NCBI GenBank assembly: GCA_040225955.1
Contig: JBECUL010000014.1
Location: 1 to 44,509, forward strand
Source of the DNA: Candidatus Asgardarchaeum abyssi
GTDB lineage: Archaea > Asgardarchaeota > Asgardarchaeia > Asgardarchaeales > Asgardarchaeaceae
Length of the DNA stretch: 44,509 nucleotides
Direction of reading: 5' to 3'
The first letter of the stretch is position 1; every line of letters begins with the position of its first letter. Positions 28,543 through 37,882 of this stretch are shown here, one piece after another. The notes below the pieces were generated by a model, which made no database searches, had not been told where the DNA came from, and worked only from the letters and a program-made list of their open reading frames with translations. Made by a program: the position numbers and the translations under genes.

Positions 28543-29571
28543 ATGAAGACAAATACGGAGAACATATTAGGAGTATTCATAATAGCTATAATGACTCTTG
28601 GCTTTGCATATTCAGTTTATTATTCCTATGTAAATAATTGGTGGACTTTCACATGGCCTTCATGGTCTTGGAAGCCTCACGACTCTTATAGAGTCGAATA
28701 CCTCTATGAATATCTAAACTATACAGAAGAATTCGAGAATTTATCCTCTTCCTCTCTTAGCATACGTGCTACTAAAGGAAGTATATTCATATATTGGGAG
28801 GAATTTGAGTCAAAAATATGTAAAATCATCATGAAAATTCCGAAAAATGAAATGGCTAACTATAGCATAAACTACAAGCTTGACCAGAATAATACTCATC
28901 TCGAGCTTATAATTATATCAGATATTCCATCAGTAGAATTAATTTTTAACCCAAAGTACATCTACAACCTAACCTATATAAGTGCTGAAACCGAGACGGG
29001 TAGCATATCAATTAGCACGCCAGGTCCATATAAGCATGTCTCAATAGGTGAATTAAGAGTTAGCTCAAGTGCAGGAGGGTTCGAAGGAGAACTTAAAGAT
29101 GCATCCATAGACCAAATGATAGTGGACTTAGATATGGGCAGCATTGATATGTATGCTGATAATGCAACAATAAAATCGACAATGACACTTATAACCAATA
29201 TGGGTAGCATAACCATGGAACTCTTAAATTCTCAACTTCCTAAGAAGATATCCATTTCAACAAATATGGGGTCTATCTCATTAAAGTTGAATAATGTTTG
29301 CTGCGATAATTCCTCTAATGTGCATATAGATACTGATATGGGCTCCATAAGTTTTCAAATGCTCCTAAACCCAAATATACCAGGAAGAATTAAAGCGTCA
29401 ACAGACGCGGGCAATTTGTCATATACTATTGATGAAAACTTTGAGGTGGTAAATAGTCAGAGAAATTTTGTAGAGCTGAAAACAAGTGATTTCAGCGAGG
29501 GAAATGGAATAGATGTAACATTAATATCGAATATGGGTTCTATAGATATAACTGCAGAAAGGTTGGGATAA
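28543..29571 (+). CDS. Membrane-anchored DUF4097/adhesin-like beta-solenoid protein
   Basis: N-terminal TM helix and repeated x-T-[ND]-M-G-S-I-x units. Confidence 0.75.
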   Translation: MKTNTENILGVFIIAIMTLGFAYSVYYSYVNNWWTFTWPSWSWKPHDSYRVEYLYEYLNYTEEFENLSSSSLSIRATKGSIFIYWEEFESKICKIIMKIPKNEMANYSINYKLDQNNTHLELIIISDIPSVELIFNPKYIYNLTYISAETETGSISISTPGPYKHVSIGELRVSSSAGGFEGELKDASIDQMIVDLDMGSIDMYADNATIKSTMTLITNMGSITMELLNSQLPKKISISTNMGSISLKLNNVCCDNSSNVHIDTDMGSISFQMLLNPNIPGRIKASTDAGNLSYTIDENFEVVNSQRNFVELKTSDFSEGNGIDVTLISNMGSIDITAERLG

Positions 29572-29573
29572 TC

Positions 29574-30221
29574 ATGGTTTTTATTTCAAAAGATGACCCA
29601 TATAGAGCAAGAATTCTCATAGATGCTCTCTCTGATAAGACTAGATTGGAGATTCTTAAACTACTAATGAGTAATCCAACCGGCATGACCGCAGCTCAAA
29701 TAGCAAGAATTCTAAACAAAACGATCCCAACAATTTTAAGCCATCTTGAAATTCTAACAGAAGCCGGAATTCTTCGAATTGATTATACCATGTATCGTGG
29801 TCGTGCTCTTAAATTATATAGCATATCAGAAAAAGAAATCTCTGTTGAAATCGACCTACAAAAATTTGTATGGATTCCATTAAGAAGTTATTTAGACCTC
29901 TGGGTATCTCAATATATCAAAATAAAAAGGGAAACTGATATCCTGCCATCTAAAGTTAGTGCAAAGGATATAGCAAAAATATTGGGAATTGACGAAAGAA
30001 CGGCGGTTCATATTAAGGAGCAGATTGAAAATAACCCCAGCTGGCTATCATCTCTAGTGAATGAAGCTCTTCAAATTCTCTCTCAAAGAGGATTCATCAC
30101 AATTGCAGATCTGAGTAAATCCCTAAGTATTGCTAGAATATGGGCTAAAAAATTAGCAGAATTAATTGTTCAACAAGGGTATGCTTACCTTAAGGATGAT
30201 ACTCTTTATAGAAGATTTTGA
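29574..30221 (+). CDS. ArsR-family transcriptional regulator with additional C-terminal HTH-like regions
   Basis: DALSDKTRLEILKLL…TAAQIA…TILSHLEILTEAGIL. Confidence 0.85.
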   Translation: MVFISKDDPYRARILIDALSDKTRLEILKLLMSNPTGMTAAQIARILNKTIPTILSHLEILTEAGILRIDYTMYRGRALKLYSISEKEISVEIDLQKFVWIPLRSYLDLWVSQYIKIKRETDILPSKVSAKDIAKILGIDERTAVHIKEQIENNPSWLSSLVNEALQILSQRGFITIADLSKSLSIARIWAKKLAELIVQQGYAYLKDDTLYRRF

Positions 30222-30233
30222 TAAATTGTTTTT

Positions 30234-30293
30234 AATAAAATGTTAGGGGGCAAACTTATTTTTTATGAAAAAAATCCCCCTAACACCTTTATT
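30234..30293. repeat. Inverted repeat (operator or hairpin) between arsR and the WOR operon
   Basis: TGTTAGGGGG (30241-30250) / CCCCCTAACA (30276-30285) is perfect, has a 25-nt spacer, and extends imperfectly with AATAAA/TTTATT. Confidence 0.65.
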
Positions 30294-30392
30294 GCAAAAC
30301 ACATATTCGTAGTTAAATAGGTTACAAAATTTTATATTCTAGAGCTAATGTTTTTTATTAATGGGTTATACATTAATAATGGGTGTTATTTT

Positions 30393-30920
30393 ATGACGGA
30401 AACTGAGGAAAGGCAGAGAATCTGGATTTTTGTAGATCCTTTAAGATGTAGCGGATGTAGACTTTGTGAAATTGCTTGTTCTTTGAAACATGAAAATATC
30501 ATATGGCCTGAAGCGTCCAGAATCAGAGTTTTTGAACTAATCCCTGGAGTTGATGTACCACATCTTTGTGTCCAATGTCCTGATTATCCATGCGTGAATT
30601 CATGTCCAACTAAGGCTCTCTCCATTGATGAAGCTACGGGTGCTGTTTTAGTTGATGAAGAAAAATGCGTGCGCTGTGGAGTATGTATAAAAGCATGCCC
30701 TGGAAATATTCCAAGAATACCAAATAATAGGAAGTCTGTTGTTATTTGCGATCTCTGTGGGGGAAATCCTGCTTGTGTTGATATATGTCAAGAAGCAGGG
30801 TATGGAGCGTTATCATTATTTAAAGGAATTTACAATCAAATATTTCAAACGTATGCCAAGAATCCTCTTGAAAAGAGCTTTGATATAGCCAAAAAAATGT
30901 ATAACTGGGAGGAGATATGA
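30393..30920 (+). CDS. 4x[4Fe-4S] polyferredoxin small subunit, WOR5-S type
   Basis: Four Cys cluster motifs. RIWI…CSGCRLCE..CSL.HE.IIWPEASRIRVFEL closely recalls the Pyrococcus WOR5 small subunit (from memory). ORF opens at 30348. Confidence 0.88.
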   Translation: MTETEERQRIWIFVDPLRCSGCRLCEIACSLKHENIIWPEASRIRVFELIPGVDVPHLCVQCPDYPCVNSCPTKALSIDEATGAVLVDEEKCVRCGVCIKACPGNIPRIPNNRKSVVICDLCGGNPACVDICQEAGYGALSLFKGIYNQIFQTYAKNPLEKSFDIAKKMYNWEEI

Positions 30921-30921
30921 T

Positions 30922-32799
30922 ATGCTTTACGGCTATACTGGCAAACTACTAGATGTAGATTTGTCGTCCGAAAGCATTAGAATGCGTACTTTAACCGAAG
31001 ACGAAGCTAAAAAATGGTTTGGTGGGCGTGGACTAGGAACTTACATCCTTTGGAAAGAGCTTGGTGATAGATGGGAGTATGTTGATCCATTAGGTGAGGA
31101 AAACCTATTACTTATATTAAATGGGCCTTTAAGTGGATATTATCCGGGGACAAAAGTTGCTGTGGTCTCTAAATCGCCAGAAAGTAATGGTGTAGTTGGA
31201 TCAGTACTCTCAAGTGAAGTTGGAATGGAGCTAAAAACAGCTGGTTACGATGGAATTATTATTCGTGGCAAGGCTGACGGTCCAAGATATTTAATTATTC
31301 ATGATGATTACATTGAACTAAGAGATGCATCCAAGTATTGGGGAATGCGTGGTGTTAAATTCGTAAGAACCATTATTAAAGAAATATATGATGAATTCAT
31401 TAAGAGAGAAGGGGTAAAGGGAATTCCAAAGGAACCAGCAATAATGTACATTGGACCGGGTGGTGAAAATAAAGTAAGATTTTCAGCAGTTATGGCTAAA
31501 TGGGCCCATGCTGCTGGCTATGGTGGATATGGTGCTGTAATGGGATCAAAAAATCTGAAGGCTATAATAGTTAAAGGAACCGGACCATTACCTCCAGTTG
31601 CTAATATTGAGAGACTTAAAGAGTTGATTAAGCAAGTCTATAAGAGAATTTTCGAAAAAGCGTCTTTCAGAAATTGGGGAACTGTTGCTGGTGGTTACAA
31701 TGTGGGTGCTGTTAAATCAAGCGAACCGGTAAGGAATTGGCAAGAAGAGTGGCATGAGAATTCAGAGATAAGTGTAATAAATTTTGAAAATAGAGCTTGG
31801 ATAAAGCGATTTTGGGGAGATTACGGATGTCCCGTAACTTGCATGAAAATTTCATGTTTAAAATTTGGCCCTTATAAAGGTGCAATCACAGATGGCCCTG
31901 ATTACGAGTTAATTGCATATGTAGGTCCGAATCTTGGAATTTTCGAACCAGAAAAAATTGTTTATCTATCCTGGTTAATGGACGAGTACGGATTAGACGC
32001 TATAAATGCTGGTAATATCTTAGGATTCACTGCTGAGTTATTTGAACGTGGGATTCTTACAAAAGAAGATTTAAATGGCATTGAACCCAAATGGGGAGAT
32101 GCTGACGCGTTTGCTAAATTAATTGAGTTGATCGTTAAGAGAGAAGGTATTGGTAAAATTCTTGCCGAAGGAACATACCGTGCTGCTGTAAAAATAAGTG
32201 AAATGAAAAATGTTGATGTGTTAAAATATGCTGTTCAAGTAAAGGGAATCGCTGTTGGAGCTCATGGCATTAGAAGCGAAATGGATTACACTAACCCGAT
32301 ATCATATGTCCCATCAGTGCAAGGCGGTGATCATACATCCACAGCTAACCCATTAATAAAGCAAAAAGGTGAACTAGCAATAATCTTTAATGATTCAGCC
32401 GTTACGTGTGCATTCCTAGATTGGGGTGTTTCTGAAGAACTTATAGAATTCACTCGAGTAATCACAGGATGGAATATAACTTTAGAAGAGTGGTACGATG
32501 AAATAGCACTCAGGATATTACATCTACAACGAATTCTTCTTTTACTGGGAGGTCCAGATGTGTACTGGGATCCTCGGATACATGATGATAATCCACTTAG
32601 ATTTTATGATCCTCTCCCAAGTGGTCCATTTAAAGGAAAAGCTCCAAAAAGAGAAGATGTCATCAGTATGAAAAAACAGTACTATACTGAAATAGGATAT
32701 GACGAATATGGAATTCCAAGAGAGGAGGTTCTTGATAGATTGGGAATCCCAGATGCAAAAAGGGCGATCATGAGAATACGAGAACGACTGAAAATATAA
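30922..32799 (+). CDS. Tungsten aldehyde:ferredoxin oxidoreductase family, WOR5-like large subunit
   Basis: GGRGLG, SKSPE, G.ELK.AGYDG, GAVMGSKNLKA, DYGCPVTC, GPDYE and DEYGLD. AAGYGGYG is WOR5-like. Confidence 0.92.
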   Translation: MLYGYTGKLLDVDLSSESIRMRTLTEDEAKKWFGGRGLGTYILWKELGDRWEYVDPLGEENLLLILNGPLSGYYPGTKVAVVSKSPESNGVVGSVLSSEVGMELKTAGYDGIIIRGKADGPRYLIIHDDYIELRDASKYWGMRGVKFVRTIIKEIYDEFIKREGVKGIPKEPAIMYIGPGGENKVRFSAVMAKWAHAAGYGGYGAVMGSKNLKAIIVKGTGPLPPVANIERLKELIKQVYKRIFEKASFRNWGTVAGGYNVGAVKSSEPVRNWQEEWHENSEISVINFENRAWIKRFWGDYGCPVTCMKISCLKFGPYKGAITDGPDYELIAYVGPNLGIFEPEKIVYLSWLMDEYGLDAINAGNILGFTAELFERGILTKEDLNGIEPKWGDADAFAKLIELIVKREGIGKILAEGTYRAAVKISEMKNVDVLKYAVQVKGIAVGAHGIRSEMDYTNPISYVPSVQGGDHTSTANPLIKQKGELAIIFNDSAVTCAFLDWGVSEELIEFTRVITGWNITLEEWYDEIALRILHLQRILLLLGGPDVYWDPRIHDDNPLRFYDPLPSGPFKGKAPKREDVISMKKQYYTEIGYDEYGIPREEVLDRLGIPDAKRAIMRIRERLKI

Positions 32800-32817
32800 G
32801 CATATATTGGTGATGTC

Positions 32818-33075
32818 ATGAGAGTTAAAGTTCGCTTCTTCTCAGAGCTAGCAAGAATAATAGGAAAAGAACATCTTATAGAGATTCGTGAAAATACAAG
32901 TGTTAAAGAGGCCCTTGAAACCATACTTAAAGAGAAAAAAATTAAACTTAAAGATATTTATAATGACTACTTTATAATCATTAACGGAAAAGTGGTTAAA
33001 CCAGACCTCATCCTCAAGGAGAATGATGAAATTCTTATAGTTCCAATGATATTTGGAGGACTTATATTTAAATGA
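32818..33075 (+). CDS. MoaD/ThiS/SAMP ubiquitin-like protein
   Basis: MRVKVRFF, IIINGK, LKENDEILIVP..GG followed by a LIFK extension. Confidence 0.88.
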   Translation: MRVKVRFFSELARIIGKEHLIEIRENTSVKEALETILKEKKIKLKDIYNDYFIIINGKVVKPDLILKENDEILIVPMIFGGLIFK

Positions 33076-33161
33076 ATGACTGCTAGTTGTATTCGCTAAA
33101 GCGCATAAAAATAGAGAATGAGAAGTCCTAAATCTTTCTTACATATGTACTCTAAAAATAT

Positions 33162-33407
33162 CTATCTATCGTTGCCTTTAAGAGATATTTTAGAAAAATA
33201 ACTTTTAAGCATGTCTGAAAGCATGTCATCAATACTTGGATATTTTGAGAAATCAATGTACTTATTCTTCGCGATGCTCATTATGGTCTTATCGAGTGAT
33301 CTTATTATCCACGGTATTTTGTATATACGGTAAAGATAGAGAAATGCCAAAAAAGATGCTATTATGATAAGAAGCACAATAATAACGATATAAAAGTTAT
33401 TTATCAT
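33162..33407 (-). CDS. Small single-TM protein, possibly the C-terminal remnant of a larger anchored protein
   Basis: One TM helix followed by YKIPWIIRSLDKTIMSIAK. AGGGA RBS-like site upstream. Confidence 0.5.
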   Translation of the reverse strand: MINNFYIVIIVLLIIIASFLAFLYLYRIYKIPWIIRSLDKTIMSIAKNKYIDFSKYPSIDDMLSDMLKSYFSKISLKGNDR

Positions 33408-33474
33408 GTGGAAGTCCCTCTTCTGCTAATTTTTATTTAAAACAATTTCATCTATATAAACGTTACCTTGGTCT

Positions 33475-33614
33475 CAGTACTTCTGCACTATTTTCGAAAT
33501 GAATACGCTCCTAGACGCCAAGATTCGCCTCGGTTCCATGAAATTTCGAAATCTCAATAAAAATAATTTTCGCAGCCAATACAAATTTTTCACCTAATTA
33601 GTGCGGAAGTACTG
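33475..33614. mobile_element. 140-bp MITE (right end fused to left end of the IS family)
   Basis: TIRs CAGTACTTCTGCACTA / TAGTGCGGAAGTACTG (15/16) and a 5-bp TSD GGTCT (33470-33474, 33615-33619). Confidence 0.92.
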
Positions 33615-33632
33615 GGTCTTAATTCATTATTC

Positions 33633-34239
33633 TTAATATCGAATTCTTGGATCCAATATTTTCCATAAATTATATCAATAATCAAACTTGTCAAAACTAC
33701 AATAATCGCAAAAAATAGCGTTACTCCCATTATTATCACAACGTCATATAAAAAGAGAGAATAATACAAGAATGACCCTAAGCCGGGCACATTAAATACT
33801 ATTTCCACAATAACTGCCCCACCTAAAAGGCTGCTAAAGCTGAATCCAATAATAACTGTTATCATCGGAACTGATATATTCTTCAAGGCATGCTTTAAAA
33901 TCACTTTTTGCGGAACACCTTTAGCTTTAAGATACATTATGAATTCAGAGTTAAGCACATCCAGAATACAATTTCTAATAAATCTCGCGTAGATACCATC
34001 ATATATTAATCCTAAAGTTAGTGCTGGCAAAGAATATATAAACAGAAGATAATAAAATGCATCAAAATCTCCCAAAAGCAGGGCATCTAAATCGGTAGAC
34101 CAATAATTCTATGCGATGGCATACGTTTAATTAAAGGAGGTATAATATATCCAATGGTAAATGTTATAAACACAACTCCAAGGATCGTTGGAATCAATGT
34201 TATAAGTCTCCTTATTAAGTATCTTGAAAAGTCTGCCAT
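33633..34239 (-). pseudogene. Oligopeptide/dipeptide ABC permease (DppB/OppB) pseudogene
   Basis: N-terminus MADFSRYLIRRLITLIPTILGV from 34239, then a large internal deletion and frameshift. The core LPALTLG…EFI..LKAKG…KHALKN follows. A second frameshift hides the native end ILDPRIRY* (stop 33633). No partner ABC genes nearby. Confidence 0.88.
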
Positions 34240-34466
34240 GCAGATCACTTAGCCAAGTGATATTTGCATTAAACATTCAATATTTTCCTCATCAACATTA
34301 TATATTTTTCTTTAGGGGATATCAAATTAATTTAAGATTGAGTATAAAAGCAAATAATAAATTTTCATTTCTTTAATTACGATACCGTTCATCCTAAACA
34401 ATGTGGTACATATGCAAGTATATTTATATCTTTATTTCTTTAAGTATTAGTGAGGCGAAAATCCAA

Positions 34467-36880
34467 ATGATGCCTGCAATCGTTGAGAGAGAAAGAATTG
34501 TTTACCCTTTTGCAGCCATTGTGAATAAAGACCCTCTAAAGTTAGCTTTGATAATAAATGCAATAAACCCTAGAATAGGAGGCCTTCTTATACGAGGTGA
34601 GAAAGGGTCTGGAAAGAGTATGGCAGTTAGAGCTCTAGCAGATTTACTTCCAGAAATTGAAGTTGTCAAAGGTTGTCCTTTTAATTGCAATCCTCACGAC
34701 CCAACAAATATGTGTGATGTTTGCCGTGAGAAATATTATAAAGGTGAATAACTACCTATTGAGAAGAAGAAAATGAAGGTAGTCATTCTACCAATTGGTG
34801 CCACAGAAGATAGAGTTATAGGTTCTCTTGATATGAAAAAGCAATAAGAGAAGGTATAAAAGCGTTGCAACCTGGAATTCTTGCAGAGGCTAACCAGAAT
34901 ATCTTATATGTTGATGAGATAAATTTATTGCCTGATCATATTGTTGATGACATCCTTGATGCTGCGGCATCTGGATGGAATATCATTGAAAGAGAGGGAA
35001 TTTCTGTTTCCCATCCATCAAGGTTTATTCTTGTCGGAACCATGAATCCTGAGGAGGGTGAACTGAGACCTCAACTTCTTGATAGATTGCCATTATCGGT
35101 TACAATACGTGGAATTAGAGATGAAGACTTACGAATAGAAGTAATTAGACGAAACATAGAGTTTTCCGAAAACCCTATTGAGTTCCGAAAAAAGTATGAG
35201 GAAGAACAAAATAAGCTTAAAGAACGCATAATTAAAGCTAGAGAGCTTCTTGAAAAAGTGGAAGTACCAGAGCCTATATTGAGGGCGGTCGCTAGATTAT
35301 GTTTATCTTTAAATGTAGATGGACATAGACCCGATATTGTAATAATTCAAGCAGCTAAAGCATTGGCTGCATTCTCTGGTCGAACAGCTGTAGAGGTGAA
35401 TGATATAAAGATAGCTGCTAAATTAGCATTATCCCATAGAACGCGTCGCGGTGGGTTTGAGGAACCTGCATCTTCAGATGAAATTGAGCAGACATTAAAT
35501 AAAGTTATATCATCGCTTAAGGATTTTTTCGTTCAGGAAAGAATTAAACAAGCTCAAAAAGAGTCAGAGCTTCCTATAGATCAGCAAGCTCAGAAAGCAT
35601 ATCATCATAAAAAAGAAGAGAAAGAGTTTTCATGGGTAAAAACAAAAAAGCAAATTCTATTTAAACGAAGCACCGTCATTGCGCTTAAGAAAACAAAAAG
35701 ATGGGATTTCTCGTTTTTCAGAAGAAAAGCATTTTCATCACTCACAGACAGATTTAAACCTAAGGGGCAACTCAAAATTGGTGAAAAAATAAAGACAATA
35801 CGAGATACAAGAACATCAGATGGTGTTGTGTTGAGGAAAAAAGCTAGCAAAGAAGAAGAGAAAGTAATGATTGAGATACCCTCTATAGGCGCTGCTTTAA
35901 TTGATGTATCTAAATCTACAAGGCTTGATATAAATAGAGATCTCCTCGAAAAACGGTTAATGCCTAAAGATATCGGAATTAATATAGCTAAAATAAAGAC
36001 AAAAGTTAGACTTAGAACACATATAGGTAAAAGCGCATTAGCGATAGTCTCTGTTAACAAGGGGCGAATTATAGGATTTGAAACACCAACATCCCCTATA
36101 ACCGATATCTCTTTTATCCCTACACTAAGGTATGCTGCTTTACGAAGTATAGGGTCTGACAAAAGAATTCCTGTAAAAATTAGGCCCCCAGATATTAAGA
36201 AAAATGTTAGAATGTATAAGGCTCCACTAACAATAGTATTTGTTATAGACTTGAGTAAAAGTATGGAGTTTTATTTAAAAATAATATCAGAAGCTATTCT
36301 CTATTTGCATAAAAAGGCCTATAGAAAGCGTGATAGGGTAGGCCTAATAACCCTTCAGGGCGATGAAGCAAAGATAAGATTTCATCCAACAACAAACATA
36401 AATATTGTCGCTAGGAAGATTGGTGAATTAGAGGTAGGGGGAACAACGCCTCTTGCTGATGGACTAATAAAAGCAGCATACGTCTTAACATATGAGGCTA
36501 GACGAAATCCAGATTCAATTCCGATAGTATTTTTAATCAGTGATGGTATGGCTAATGTCCCTCTTAGATATCCATACTTTAGATATCCTGACCTAAAAGC
36601 ATTAATGGATGCTCAAAATGATGTAATAACAGCAGCTAGGTTATTAGCATTAAGGAAAATCCCAGTTGTGGTTATTAATCCTCCTCACATTGATAAATGG
36701 TCATCTGATCAAATAATTTCTCCAACAGCTTTGTTGATATGGATTGCACAGATAACTAAAGGTTACTACTTTGGTTTTAGAGAGAAATGGTTTAGAGGAA
36801 CACTAACAAAAGAAAGGTTGCTAAAATCTATTGAAAAAACCATTAATATAATCTCAGCATCGAGGAATACTTATCAATAA
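34467..36880 (+). pseudogene. Mg/Co-chelatase ChlI/ChlD-like AAA+ ATPase-vWA fusion, disrupted
   Basis: [60 protein letters not shown] and the vWA motifs DLSKSM, GGTTPL, SDG. In-frame TAA at 34749-34751 and a 1-nt deletion at ~34835-34840. Confidence 0.88.
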
Positions 36881-36994
36881 AATACTGTTGCTGCCTTAAA
36901 CTATTAAATTCTCACTCAGGTGACACAAAATAATAAATAGGATAATGATGTATACATATTGATAGTTAATATCAAGTAAATCTTAATAGCGTAG

Positions 36995-37828
36995 GTGATA
37001 ATTTTGTCGCAACAAGATTATGATGATATTTATGAAGTAGTTAAATCAAAAACGGGGTTGAGTAAAGAAGAATTTAAGGAGAAGGTTGAATCTGTAATTA
37101 AAGACTACGAAGGATTTATAACGCCTAGAGCTGCTGCACTTATAGTTGCTAAAGATTTAGGCATAGATACGGAAGAGATTATTAATCCTCCAATTACTGG
37201 GCGGCTCTTAGAGGTAGGGCCTATCAGAAAAACCTCCGGCGTGTCAGGAGAGACACCGTATGTTTTATTTGTTGTTGTAAATGAAAATTCAAGAATATGG
37301 TGTGTAGCATTTGGAGAAGAGAATATTCGTAAACTGAGAGAACTTGACGATATGGTTATCAAGATAAGAGGTTATACTAGAGCAAAGATAAGGGGAAGAG
37401 AGTGGGTTAGAGTAACCGAAAAATCTACAATTGAAGTACTAGAAGATGAAACTCTACCGAAAATAACAGAATTAAAAACAGCTTGGGCTGAGTCGCTAAA
37501 GGCAGCAAAAGAGTCATTTGGATCATTTATAGTTAAAGCTGCTGTTGTTGAGGAAGATACAAGCGAATACTTTGCATGCCCTATTTGTAAGAAAAGTTTA
37601 GATGTTTCGGATTCAGAGTTTGTTTGTCAAGAACATGGCCCAGTAGAGCCGATTGTCCGAAAAGTGTACCATTATGTAATATCTGATCCCTCTGGCATGT
37701 TCCCTGCAGTTTTCTTTGGTGAACCACCATCAGAGTCCCTCTTTAAGAAAATAATTATAACTAAAGGATACTTTAAGGGAGATGAGTTTCAAATCTCAAA
37801 AATTTATGAAGTAAAAGAAAAGCCATAA
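36995..37828 (+). CDS. Replication protein A-like ssDNA-binding protein (OB-folds + zinc ribbon)
   Basis: N-terminal KTGLSKEEF…GFIT..AA..IVAKDLGI helix typical of archaeal RPA, OB-fold, CPICKK…CQEHG and ISDPSG. Confidence 0.75.
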   Translation: MIILSQQDYDDIYEVVKSKTGLSKEEFKEKVESVIKDYEGFITPRAAALIVAKDLGIDTEEIINPPITGRLLEVGPIRKTSGVSGETPYVLFVVVNENSRIWCVAFGEENIRKLRELDDMVIKIRGYTRAKIRGREWVRVTEKSTIEVLEDETLPKITELKTAWAESLKAAKESFGSFIVKAAVVEEDTSEYFACPICKKSLDVSDSEFVCQEHGPVEPIVRKVYHYVISDPSGMFPAVFFGEPPSESLFKKIIITKGYFKGDEFQISKIYEVKEKP

Positions 37829-37882
37829 CATTTTCTTTTTAAATTATAAAAATGATTAGTTCAATGTTATCTAGGTGATATT

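Noticed and set aside
342-33614. Recurring 16-bp CAGTACTTCCGCACTA as a CRISPR repeat or regulator site
   Set aside because: Copies are dispersed, inverted in pairs and flanked by 5-bp duplications, so they are transposon TIRs. There is no regular repeat-spacer array and no cas gene.
34749-34840. Programmed readthrough or frameshifting in the chelatase gene
   Set aside because: It would need both UAA readthrough and a frameshift within 90 nt, and no stimulatory structure is visible. Mutation or sequencing error is simpler.
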